Source: Asterionella formosa (taxonomy: Eukaryota). Taken from it: a stretch of 63,796 nt of DNA. A program made the position numbers and the translations under genes. The notes beneath the pieces were generated by a model, which made no database searches, was not told where the DNA came from, and saw only the letters and a program-made list of their open reading frames with translations. Below, in pieces: positions 48,301 through 61,103 of this stretch. How positions within the stretch are numbered: position 1 is the first letter of the stretch; each line of letters opens with the position of its first letter. Location of the stretch: NCBI GenBank assembly GCA_002256025.1, contig NKIB01013142.1, forward strand, positions 1 to 63,796, written 5' to 3'.

Positions 48301-51300
48301 CAATATCATAATTTTGTTCCAAAGACCAGAAAAGGCGGGGCGGTTGGTGGAGTTTATTTTGTGGAGCGTACATCTGAAGGAGACCTTTCACCAGATACAG
48401 GCCAAGAAGGTACTGATTCGGTTTTTAAGGAGGGTTCGGCAGAGGAGTCGAGGTCACTCTCCAGTGCTATTAAGAGACTTCCCATCGACATCAAAGGGGC
48501 TGGATGGACGGAAGCAAAGGGGCTGTTAGCAGCTTCGACTTCCCCAAGTAAGCATACAAAAGAGAACGATGATGACATGCCAGCTCATCTTTACATGTAT
48601 GAGCAGTACGCGATGGTGGCTCAGCCTGTATCAAGGATATTGCCTCCGCGTCGAATGACTCCTTCTGACGACGATTTCTATCCAACTGTAGCAATACAGG
48701 CCCTTACTAGAATTTTCAAAGATCCGTCGCTAGCTGTACACCATGACATGGTAATGCAGGCGATCATGTTCATCTTCAACTTCCTCGGTCAAAAATGTGT
48801 TCCTTTCCTTGATAAGGTTGTTCCTCACATGCTGTATACAATTCGGACGTGTGGACCTTCCAATTTGCGAGAAGCGCTTTTGAAGCAAGTGGCCTCTCTA
48901 AGTGGAATTGTTCGCGAACATTTGCATCCTTATGCAGCTGAGATATTCAGCATCGTTGATACTTTCTGGGCAACTCGCCATCTTGGCACTATATTAAACC
49001 TAGTTTCTCGAATTGCAGCTGGAGTACCCGATGACTTCAGAATATACCTCCCCCAACTGATGACAAAGCTGTTAGCGAGTCTTGGGGAAATCCAAACTTC
49101 TGAATGGGTTTGGCCCCGAAGGCAAGAATCGGCTGGTTCATCTTCGGCTGAGGTCGAGAAGCTGGAGTTGGTTCTCACCAGTATAAGGACTCTGAGAACC
49201 GTCATTGGAGAATATCTCCACATTATTGTTCCCGCTCTCCTCAAGCTCGCTGACTCACTGTTAGCCCCTTCATCATTGTCCATTGGGACTACCATGACTC
49301 GCAACCATGTTACGATTATGACACTTCAGACATTGTCGCATATGTTGCAATATGAAAATTCTCGAGCTTCTGGTGGTGGGACTATGCCAATATTCATGCG
49401 GGATATACACACTGACTCTCTCCCTGCAGGTTGCTTGTTGCCGGCACGAGCTGTGCAGCCGTTAATTCGTTTCTTGAGTCCAGACACGAATTGCACTCGC
49501 ACAGTGGGATACGCCGTAGTTGAAACTATTTGCGTTTGCGTGCGCCAGATGGGGCCACAGAGGTGGAAGATGTATCACGATGTTGCTCGGGCAGCAATTT
49601 TGGTTTGGGAAGAACGAATGGGGGGCCACGAAAGAATCATTTCTGAATCGCAAGACGAGGTCGCAGAAGCGAAGTCAAATGCGAGCCAGAGCGGGTTGGC
49701 ACTTTATGACAGGACATTAACTGAACTGGACTCGCCACCTAAGCCAGTCTTTGCTTTGTCTCTCGGGGCTAGACATGAATCATTCTTGGAGGTGTTACCT
49801 AATCGAAAGGTCAGCGAGTCAAATTTTGGGGAGTATAATGGCGGCGACGATAGTTCCCTCGACCAGGGCGACTTCCAGAACAATCCTTCCATCCAACCTA
49901 TTTTGAACCAAACAAGCAAACATAAGGTAAACCAAATCAGCCTGCAGAAAGCATGGGATGTCTCCCAAAAAGCCTCCCGAGAAGATTGGGATGACTGGAT
50001 GCGTCGCTTTGGTATCCAGCTCTTGAAAGAATCTCCTTCTCCTGCCCTACGGGCTACAGCAAGTCTTGCTCATGCGTATCAGCCCCTTGCCAGAGAACTT
50101 TTTAGCGCCGCATTTGTGTGCTGCTGGGAAGAATTAAGTGACCAGTTCAAAGGGAACTTAGTGCAAGCATTAGAATCTGCGTTCGTTGCTGACGTTTCTC
50201 CTGAAATATTGCAGACTCTTTTGAATCTTGTAAGTTGGAGTTCACTACTCTGAAATCTTAAGTATTTTTGTATACCTAACTTCCTTTCTCCCCTAGGCCG
50301 AATTCATGGAACACGATGGTGTAGCCAGTGATTTACCAATTGATATTTCGAATCTGGCAGAACTTGCACTCAAGTGTCGAGCTTACGCTAAGGCACTTCA
50401 CTACAAAGAACGCGAGTACATCAAGGGCGGGACAGGAGCATGTGGTTCATGCGTGTCACTACTTATTAGTATAAACAAGAAGCTTGATTTGCCCGAAGCA
50501 GGACTCGGTGTACTCAAGACTGTCCGTCTTCCTCGGGACGGACTTTCTATAGGACCCTTGCTTCGTCATGACCAAGGTGATGAGATGAAGTACAGCGTCG
50601 TATCAAGTACGGCGAATGTCATTGCCGATGAAAAGGGCATAACTGAATTGGACGAAATCCACGAGTCGTGGCTGGCAAAACTTGGCTCTTGGTCAGAGGC
50701 ATTGACAATTTATGAGCAAAAACTTGGCCAGAACCCTTATGATTTTGATGCAATCTTGGGATGCATGCGATGCTTGGATGCGTCTGGTGAATGGCAAGCT
50801 GTCTTAGACCTAGCGGACACAAATTGGCCTATTTTCTCTGGAGCGGGTCCCAACTCTGGACATACTATTACTCCCCGTTCCTTCAGTAATGTGTACCTCA
50901 TGCCTAAAAACAAACGGAAACTACTGAAATTTAGTGCTCAAGCTGCCTGGAGACTTGGCCAGTGGGAGGAGCTCGAAAAGTATGCTGCTGAGCTGGTGCA
51001 AGGTCATTCGGGTCACGGGCAAGCTAATTCTCCAGCCACAAATAGGATTGGCCAAATTAGCGACCACCGAGACACATCATCAGTTCCTGGGATTGATTTT
51101 GATGGTGCGTTCTATACCGCCGTCCTTAACATTCACAGAAAGGAGTGGTCTTTGGCCGCTGATGCAATCGACGAAGCACGGAAGTCAATGGACAGCAGGT
51201 TTACAGCGTTGATGGCAGAATCCTATAAAAGGGCTTATCCCAGCATGGTTACTGCTCAAACATTGGCAGAAATGGAAGAAATTATCGAGTTCAGAAAACT

Positions 51301-54300
51301 CGAAAGTAGATCGATCGCGAGTGGCCAGCGCCATCCATTGAATCGTCCAGACAAAGAAGAAGCAAGGAGAAGATTGCTGTCGACATGGAGAGAACGCTTG
51401 GCAGGCTGCCGTTTTGACTCTGATGTGCACGCATCTATTATGGCAGTTCGTTCTCTTGTAATGGGACCCACCGACGCTGTGGAAGCAACCTTGACATTGA
51501 GTGACTTATGTAGACAAGGACAACGATACAAGCTCGCTGAACGAGTCCTTTTGGACCCTCTGGCTGAGTTAGGAGCAAATCTTAGTGGCCCAGTATTTGG
51601 ATTTGGTCTTCCCGACGCCCTTGGTCTTGGTTTGCCTAGGGTCGAAAATTCAATCTCTGGCAATTTGATAGTGAAGCGACTAGTTGCCGGAAATACGAAT
51701 GATTTCTTTCCCCAGTACAGCGACATGCATAAGCAATGTTCCAGCCAAATACTTCAGCAAGCAGGGGGACTAGACCGGCTTCAGATACAGCACGAATTGT
51801 ACTTTGCTTATGTAAAGCACCTTTGGTCTATGGATCAGCGTGGCGAGGCTTCACATCGACTCGAGAAACTATGCAATGTAGTCGACATGATTGCTCATTG
51901 CGAAGGAAGATCTGAAAGCCTTCTTCAGGTTTCGTGCTGGATTGAACTCGGGGACTACAAGCTCGAAGAATCGGCATCTCCTGGATCACATATATCACTG
52001 CAATTACAGGTCGCTGTTTTATCTGCATTCAGAAGAGCAATATCTGTTCCAAACTGTGGATACAAAGCCTGGCACAACTGGGCACTATTGAATTTCCGTA
52101 TCACCCAGCAAATGAACGAAAGCGAGGAAGGTTCTACTGTACGACAGCGTAATCTATCTTCTTCTGACGCCTTGAGAAATCATGTCATCGAAGCTGTCAA
52201 AGGCTTTACCAGCGCCATCAGTTTAGGAACAAAGCGATGGAGTGCATCGGTTCAGCAAGATCTTCTTAATTTGCTAACCTGTCTCTTCAAGTATGGAGAT
52301 CTTCAAGATGTGTCGCTGACAATCGAGCTTGGAATAGGAATTATCACTCTAGAGGCTTGGCTAGGCGTACTGCCCCAGCTATTGGCAAGAATCCAAATTC
52401 AACATATTGCTATTCGTTCTGTTCTGCATTCACTTCTTAAACGACTTGGCGAGAAACATCCACAGGCCCTCATGTATCCCTTATCTGTTTTACTAAAAAG
52501 CCCAGTTACCGAGCGGAAGGTGGCTGCTGAGAGTTTAATGACTTCATTGAAAGCTCATTCTAGCTCCTTAGTTGAAGAAGCTTTAATGGTGTCATCTGAG
52601 TTGATAAGAGTTGCAATTCTCTGGCTTGAAACATGGCATGAAGGCTTGGAGGATGCATCGCGCCTGTATTACGGTGACGGTAATGTCGCTGGGATGCTTG
52701 ATTTGCTATTACCGCTACACGAAACACTTGAGAAGGGAGCCGAAACACAGAAGGAACATGAGTTTGAAAAGAGCTTTGGCCTTGACCTGGCTGAGGCTCA
52801 TGCGTACGTCCGTGAGTACATTCGCCTAGTTACAATAAATGGTGCTGATATTCCCCACCAGGGTGCTCAAGCGATCGACGTGATTGATGGTAACCCTCAA
52901 CAAAGCGACGAGGCCGAAACTGCAATGAACAAAGCCTGGGACATTTATTACACAGTTTTTAGACGGATCAATAAGCAACTACCAGCATTGACAAAATTGG
53001 AATTGAATCAATGCTCCCCCGCGTTATTTCAAGCTTGGAATCTAGAATTGGGAGTCCCAGGATCCTATAGAGTTGACGGTAGCTACATTAAGATTGAATC
53101 GTTCATCCCCTCTGTTCAAGTTATTACAAGCAAGCAACGCCCAAGAAAGGTTACTGTTAGGGGAAATGATGGACGAGATTACGTATTTTTGCTGAAAGGC
53201 CACGAAGATTTACGGCAGGATGAAAGAGTGATGCAGCTCTTTGGCCTGGTCAATGCGTTGTTGGCGCGAGATCGGCAAACAAAAATGTATGATTTGAATA
53301 TTCAGAGGTACGTTCTTGATGTCATGTACATTGGCTGAAAATATTTTGTGATGATTAAATGAATACTAACCTTTCCTTTTAATCAGGTATGCAATTTCGC
53401 CACTTTCACACAACTGTGGAGTGGTTGGCTGGGTACCGCACTGTGATACTCTTCACAGTCTTGTTCGAGATTATCGTCAGCAGAAGAAAGTCCCTCTCAA
53501 TATGGAAAATCGAGAGATGCTTACCATTGCTCCCGACTATGACATGCTTACGGTAATGCAAAAGGTGGAAGTATTTACTGATGCGTTGCGTCGGACCACT
53601 GGCAATGGATACGACTTGTACGAAATACTTTGGCTGAAGAGTACAAACAGTGAAGAATGGCTAGAAAGGAGAACAAAGTACATCAGAAGTTTGGCGGTGA
53701 TGAGGTGCGATACCCGATGATTGCTATTATTATCAATTTTGAAACTTTGTTTTTGCTAACAATAATTGTCCAACATTTGCAGTATGGTTGGATATATCTT
53801 GGGGCTTGGTGATCGCCATCCCTCCAACTTAACATTGGACCAACTGAGTGGTCGAGTGCTACATATTGACTTTGGCGATTGCTTCGAGGTGGCGATGAAA
53901 CGAGATAAATACCCTGAAATGATTCCATTCAGACTAACGCGAATGCTAATAAAAGCAATGGAAGTGTCCGGTATCGAAGGCAGTTACCGAAGCACATGTC
54001 TGCGAACTATGACTGTCCTTCGTGACAGTCGTGATTCCCTTGTTGCAATGCTAGAAGCCTTTGTGTATGATCCATTGATAAGCTGGAGATTGGCGGGACT
54101 ATCAGACAGTGATACCTCACCAGGTGAAGCATTTGATGGAGCTCCTAACTTTTCGTCCAGTGGAAGTCTAGGAAACGATGATTCATTTTCCAACGATGTG
54201 CTAGCAGGTGGTAGTGAGGGAGCACTCATTGACATGTCACTGAGCGTCCTTCATGAATCCATCTCTGAAGGAAATGATGAGGAGGACAATGATGGTGGTG

Positions 54301-54851
54301 AACCAAGGCCAAGGGGACGCCCCATTCGATCTATGTTGATGACGGGATCGTCGTCGCTCGCCGAACGTATCCACGCTGATTCAATGTCTGAACGTAACCC
54401 TGTGTCTCAAGGAGGAAGTATGAACGCTGCTCGAGCCCGGTCTCTTCAAATATTTTCTTCGATTCAAGCGCTGGCAGCCAACTTGAGTGCTTCGTCGAGA
54501 ATTGCCAGTGTAGTTGGTGACAATGTAGTAAGCAATGGCCACCACATCATGGCCGCGGCGGCAAGGGGTTCATCATTGGCGCAGTCTCGTATTGCCATTC
54601 GTCAACGCGAATCGATGAGTGTGTTGGAAAATGCGAATGGCGGTGGTGGTGCGCATGAAGAAGCATTGAATGAAAAGGCTCTCAAAGTCATTCGCCGAGT
54701 GCAAGATAAATTGAGTGGAACAGATTTTCCAGATGCACAGCACGATAGTAATCCATTGGATGTTTCAGACCAAGTGCAACGTCTCATCATCCAAGCCACC
54801 AGCTCCGAAAGTCTATGCCAACTATACATTGGTTGGTGTGCCTTCTGGTAA
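45310..54851 (+). CDS. TOR: Target of rapamycin kinase, ~3105 aa, 4 exons
   Basis: Exons 45310-50229, 50297-53307, 53387-53704 and 53783-54851. Splicing restores [20 protein letters not shown] and [26 protein letters not shown] repeats, FAT, FRB ([18 protein letters not shown]), kinase ([24 protein letters not shown]) and FATC ([12 protein letters not shown]) all present. Confidence 0.98.
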
Positions 54852-55655
54852 AAATAACAGACAGGAAGATTTGAAATGATGCATTAAAGATAAAATAATG
54901 CATAAATGTACAAATATTCATACCGGTATTTACATAAAAATGTAGAGGGAAACATATATACCTCATTGTAAGATACACACAGGTATGTACCAGTAGTCCA
55001 AAGCAAAGAAATCGAAGAAAAAGAATTGCATGTATTTAATTAAGACGGGATAAACATATGTACCGGTATGTAATATATATATATGTGTATAGCAAAGCGA
55101 TATCCTATCTGTCGAATGTTTGATGACGACGACGACGTTGTGTAGAAGAGAGCACACTTTGTCGGGATGATGTGGGACTATATTCTAGACAACAATGAAT
55201 TAGACCAGCTTTACTGGTACTGTACTCTCTGCCTATAGGGAATTGTGTATATTCATGTATGTATATATGGAATACCTGGTAAGCGAATCGAGTCAAAGGT
55301 AACAATAAACAATTGTTTGTTGCCTCGACCTGTCATAATTATTAACGAGCCATTCGTCACCGTTCCTGTATGCTGACCGATCCATCCTGCATCATCGTCA
55401 GCCGGCTGCACATCATCATGGACATACTGGTAATCTAAGTAAGTGTACACATGCCGTCATTATTATCTCTCATCATATGTAGTGTAGCACAGTAACAACC
55501 ATTGATGCTCAATTCTTCACCATAATCAATGTCATTTTAATTGAAAGAGTCAAATTAGTAGCATATTTTTTCCACCGGTATTAGTTATCGTTGTCATTCC
55601 ATTCTAATCCTCAAGCACATACCTCATCAAACCACTTCCGGTAGACTGAACTCAA

Positions 55656-57347
55656 ATGAGGCCTTCCACTTCCGCCTCAGAATCTGTATCAGTATCAGCA
55701 TCAGCGTCAGAATCAGAATCAGAATCATTCAAGAACAAGGATAATAAGGAAGCGTTTGAAGGTAAAGACCAACTGTCGAATGATACAACATTTGTTGCTT
55801 GCTATCCATCAAACACTGCACTGTATTGAACCTCTCACATTTCGTCAACGTTACTGCCATTACTACTACTACTTCACTGCTATTGCTATGACAACTATTC
55901 ATTTACAGGCACAACACGCCCTTCCATCAATTTGCGATTGATTCGTCATGCCGAATCCAAAAACAATCAAGTGTATCGGGATGCACGATTCCTCTTTCGA
56001 GGTGGGACACCAGAATTCGACTACCATGGATGGGAAAGTTACGTGGCACAACATCGATCGTCGGATCCAACATTGAGCGACGATGTGGGGGTCCAACAAC
56101 AAGTGCACTTGACCAACTATCTTGTCCCGCATTTGATCCACCATGCCAGTTCGCCTGTGGAGGTTATTGTCAGTCCCATGATGCGAACATTGGAAACCAT
56201 TCGGCCCACCTTGGAGAAACTGCAGGGGAGGACTCATATTAATGTCAATGCCCTCTATCATGAATCGGAAGGTTGCCATTGCAACAATGTGGCAGAACCA
56301 GGCATGGCACCAAGTGACATTACACACTTGTTGAAGGATTGCATACAAGATGATACGCAAATTTCATTTACTGGATTTAGAGATCTGACCAAGGGCTGGT
56401 ATGAACATGGGACTGGAGCCGAAACAAGGGAAGAATCAGAATTTAGAGCAGCCACCTTTTTTCTATGGCTGTGTGAACATTTGGATCAGCAGCTAGCAAC
56501 TCCAGCAGATGATGTGTATGATGCAGGAGTGATGCCCACTTTGGGAGAACAAGATACTGCTACTACGGAACATACTGAAGATGGTTGTACTACACCGCAG
56601 GAGGTCGCAATTAAGGTGCGGAAACGACGGACATGTCTCTTGATTGGACATGGGGATTTTATGAGTCTCGTCCTGAAGCGGATTGTCACTGGCTTTGGAC
56701 ATGCGGTGGAAAATGAAGGTATTCCTCATCGATCCGCATTTGTTCATTTCAATACTGGCATAACTGAGTTGGAATACTTTGGGAAGGGTAGATTCCTGAT
56801 CATGTCACAAAATGCAACACCACATATTCATCCAGAAGATCACAGTAAATTGCGAGGGGGAGGATACTTGAAGGATGGATGGTCATATTTGATGCCCAGT
56901 GATCAGTTTATTTTGGACCAAGAAGTTGGAATTGCATATGCCGACGACGAAATTGACGATCATGTCAGAGAACAGACGGACGCACTTCGAGCATTGTATC
57001 TCAAGGATAGCGCTTCCGAGGTCGCAACAGTGGCGACTGGCTTGTCAGTGGAAGCATTGGGAGGCAAATCTGTCTCGTTTTTTGTCAAACGAGGCTTACA
57101 AGTGGTGGGATGTGCCAAGTATGATGAAACAACTGCTACCATGACGGATGTTGTCATTCGACCGTCGGCGAGAGACTCAAAGGTAGGAGAAGCATTAGTC
57201 GGTGCTGTACGATCGCATGCTCGTAAGTTGGGCAGATCAGGGTCCTTGTATGTCAAAGTCAGCACATCAGGAGAGTCCAACAATTTCTTTGAACAATTGG
57301 GCTTTGAAGAAGTCAAAGGTGAGGAGCACCACAAAATGGACATTTAA
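55656..57347 (+). CDS. Histidine phosphatase (PGAM superfamily) fused to a C-terminal GNAT-like domain, ~514 aa, 2 exons
   Basis: Exon 55656-55761, intron GTAAAG..TTACAG, exon 55909-57347, in frame. Motifs LIRHAESKNN, SPMMRTLET, HESEG and IGHG; GNAT-like VVGCA..DVVIRPSARDSKVGEALV..FFEQLGF. Exon 1 is less certain. Confidence 0.85.
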
Positions 57348-57568
57348 TTGATATATAGATACATAACATTTGTAATAGAGCTTTCTTGCCATTTGAAAAG
57401 TAATTGCTAGCATATTCGTTTTCTCATGATTCCTTCATCCTTTCATGATAATGTGGAGCAACATACATTCATTCCTACGCCATTATACAAATGTGCTACT
57501 GGCAATAGAAAAGTAAAAAGCAAACATTCATGTAAGAAATTATATATTTTATGCATGTAAACATATAT

Positions 57569-60061
57569 TTAGTCAGAATGGATAGACTCGTTGTCCATCT
57601 CACTTTCGTCCTCCAACATATAGTCAATCTCAGCGCTCGGACTTGCGTCCTCAACGTCATCCGAGTTGTCGTCATAGTCGCCTTCTGAATGGGGTATGGT
57701 TCCATCATTTGCGGATCGAGTATTGTTTAAACGAAGACACTTGAGGGCCGGAAGTCCATCTTGGAAAGCGTCCAACTGCTGGTTTTCTTCCATCCCCTCA
57801 CATCCATACATTGCCAAAGATTTTAGATTCACCAAATTACTCAGAAACTTCAAGGCGGCGGAATCTACGCGTGTGTTACTGAGGTTGAGGGCTCTAAGAT
57901 TAGTCAACGCTGCTAAAGCAGCGGCACCTCGGTTTGTGATTCGCTCATTTTGAGACAAGTTAAGACTCGTTAGATTTTCCAAGGTTGCCAAGTAGGTGCA
58001 CCCACGGTCCCCAATACTTCCACCACAAAGCTCCAGGGATTCAAGGGACGTGATGTGTGAGAGGTGCCTGCATCCATCGTCAGTAACCCGGCCCGAAAAA
58101 ATGTCAAGAGAGCGAAGCTTTGTCAAAGTCCGAAGATGAGCAAGACCGTCATCACCAATCTCCCTACTGTCCAAGTTGAGAACTTCAAGGTTGCTCATAC
58201 CCGCCAAATGTCGAAGACCCGCGTTGGTAATGTTACAATAGAAAAGTGAAATCCGAGTTAACTTGTCAAACTTTGGCAGATGAGCCATACCGAGGTCACT
58301 GATGTCAGTATCTGCAAGGTCCAGGGAAGTTAGGTTTGGCATCACGTTATTGTCCGCCAAGTGTGCGATACTCCAGTCCCCGCAAGGACAGGAGTCAAGA
58401 TTTATTTCTTCTAGAGCCGGTAGGTTCGCAAGCCGAGACAAGTGCCCATCACGAACTCCAGAATAACAAAGATCTAGTGTCTTTAGTTTGTTGATTTTCC
58501 CCTGCCAAGATGTGCGTCTGTGAAACGTAGACATGGCGTGATAACGTTAGAAAATGCAATTCCCCCATTGTAAAATCATTTGAATACCATCTCTACTCTT
58601 ACAATATTCCAGGCACATGGGATACATCCAAAAGTTGCAAATTTTCCAATAACCCCAATGTTTCACCCAAGGATAGACTGCCAATACTTGAACATCCGTT
58701 CAAGTCCAACTCCACCAATTGTCGCAAGCGTCCCAAATATTTAACGCCTTCATCAGTTACCGGGCACCGAGCCAAGCGAAGAATAGATAAAAATTCCGAT
58801 CTTCCTGGTTGTCTCGTCAATTTATCTATTCCATCATCCGATACAAGACGGCACCAACCTAAGGAAAGTTCTTCCAACAGCACTAGTTCTTGCAAGTACT
58901 CCAATCCTTCATTGTTTATCAAGTCACATTGACTTAGATCCAATTTTCTCAAGTTATATAGATTTGCCAAAGCTTCTAATGATCTATTCGTTAAGCATCG
59001 ACATCCGTCCAGATTCAAATGTTCCAAGGCAACTAAATGCGAAACATTGATAATCGCTTCATCTGTCAATCGACGGCAATTGGCCATTGAGAGAGTGTGC
59101 AACATGTGCGAATTCTCTAGTACGACCAAGCCACGGCCAACAATGGAATGACAGCCATCCAGTTTGCAAATTTGCAATTGTCCCATTGGCGCAAGTTGCA
59201 AGAGGCCTCGATCCGACAGCGAAGTGGATCCTCGAAGGTCCAACGTAACCAATGTGGCCCCAAGGTTGGGCGCTGGAGTCCAGACCGTATTCTCCAAGAT
59301 TGTTGGCTCCGGCACTTCCAATGGTGTGGAGGATGCGGAAACAAAGGACGACGTGGAACAAGACTTCTCGTCTTCTTCTGCGTCCATGGTGGTATCAGAG
59401 CAAGCAATGGCAAGGGGTTGGAGCCAGTCATCGGTGACTCCTCTGCAGTGGGACAAGGTGAGTTCGCTCAATTCACAATTTTTCAAAACTCTTAAAGTCG
59501 TGGCATTAAGCGCCCTATGTGAGAGGAGAGAGGTAACAATGTCGCTGACGACATCGGCAGGTAGGCCAGAAGGCAGCTCGCCATTCAAACGTGGGAGTGA
59601 TCGACAAATGGTGTCAACACAAAGGGCTTGAAGGGACTTGGGCGATCTCGTGTTGGTGGTTTCATCGACAACGTAATTGTCTCCAATGGGGTAAAGTGCA
59701 GCAATAGTCTCGTCTGGTAGCTTAATGAAAAGAAAGGAGATAGCAGGAAACATGTCAGTGCACAGGGGAAGTTGGAAAAAGATTGAAGCGTGCGTTGTGG
59801 TGTCATCTTTTTCCAGGTCTTTCGACAAACTAACGGGTTCTGTTCTTACCAAGCTAGAAACAGCATGCCGCATGGATCGATGACATCGATGGCGGCTATT
59901 CCCGTCCTGGGTTCTACCACTTTCCTAAAAGAGATTGGGTAAGCAACGAGAGAGGTCATGTCGATACGAGCGTGGCCAATTCAGTTCCAGTCGTCACGTA
60001 CCAGCGCCTCGTTGCCTTGTCGCGCTGACGTTGACGCCCGAAGACTTGCACAGTTGCCCAT
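57569..60061 (-). CDS. Leucine-rich repeat protein (cysteine-containing/FBXL14-like LRRs) with N-terminal MGNC lipidation motif, ~776 aa, 3 exons
   Basis: Exons 60061-60002, 59924-58603 and 58517-57569 with GT-AG introns, in frame. PKSLQALC box followed by many LxxLxLxxCxxxxDxG repeats. An upstream in-frame ATG lies at 60070. Confidence 0.9.
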
Positions 60062-60261
60062 GTTGCTCATGAGAAGAATAACAGATCTTCTCACAACTAA
60101 TCAAACTGGGAAACGATAATACTGCGCCAAATTAAGAACCCAGAATCGTTGTTCTGGGAATGAGAATGGTGAGTATGCCTGATGACGACGATGGGAACCT
60201 GTTGTTATGTACTGGTATTTGTTCTTTACAATTTTGACATGTCATATCATAGTTTGAGTAG

Positions 60262-60430
60262 CAGTACTGGTACCAGGCCCCTGGTACCGGTAGACAAGGG
60301 CTCTACTTAACTCTACAGTACCAGGTACTGTACATTCTTCAGATAATCCTACGTGGTATGTACAGCTTTCTTATTGCATCAAATGTACCGGTAGTCTGCG
60401 TCATGATTACCTGTACCACTACCAGGTACC
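60262..60430. repeat. GGTACC / TACC(A/T)GG / ACCGGT motif cluster in the divergent LRR/membrane-protein spacer
   Basis: AGTACTGGTACCAGGCCCCTGGTACCGGTA, CAGTACCAGGTACTG and CTACCAGGTACCG. A second cluster lies at 60797-60860. Confidence 0.8.
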
Positions 60431-61103
60431 GTATATCATTGCGTCCATCATCAGTATCTAGTGTACGACATGATCATGAATATCCCCCTCATGGATTTCA
60501 TTACATATACACCGGTATCATAAGGATACGTAAGGACCATATTTTGTACCGGTACCTGTAACAAAGATACCGGTACGTTATTTAGATACAAATAACCGGC
60601 AGGGCAGCTTGCCGTATTAGTCTACGGACCCTCTGGACAACGATGTTTGAAATGCTTGATGCACTGCCTACCCGCTTGTTAATATGTTGATACACACCAG
60701 TGTTCGTCCATTTGTTCATATTCCGCTATGAATATAAATTGTTTCTCAGAACGGACAATTCGTCAGCCTTTCTCGTTAAGGGAACTTGAATAAATAGTAC
60801 CAGGTACCAGTACAGTGCGTAGGGTGAATATACGGTTCTCCTACAAGTGCCGGTACCTGGTTGTCTCCCTCCATACATACAGGGGGAAGTTATGATCGCT
60901 ATCTATGTTTGTATATATACACAAATCCGGAAAATCTCCGAACGGTCGGTTTACTGAAACTGTACTACCGGTACCTAGAAGACGAACTCCTACATCGATT
61001 CCGCCCGCCAAAAACGTTTCATGGACAAACTATTGCGGGTAATGACCAAAATTTCTCCATTTTTTTCGAAAACCCACCCAACCCAACCCAACCAACCGAG
61101 ACG

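Noticed and set aside
55888..55941. ATG at ~55888 (MTTIHL) as the phosphatase start, requiring a frameshift
   Set aside because: It is out of frame with RHAES; an upstream exon spliced to the TTACAG acceptor at 55908 explains the gene without recoding.
60590..60795. Possible structured ncRNA between two motif clusters
   Set aside because: No snRNA, tRNA, SRP or RNase P/MRP signature recognised on either strand; an Infernal/Rfam scan would be needed.
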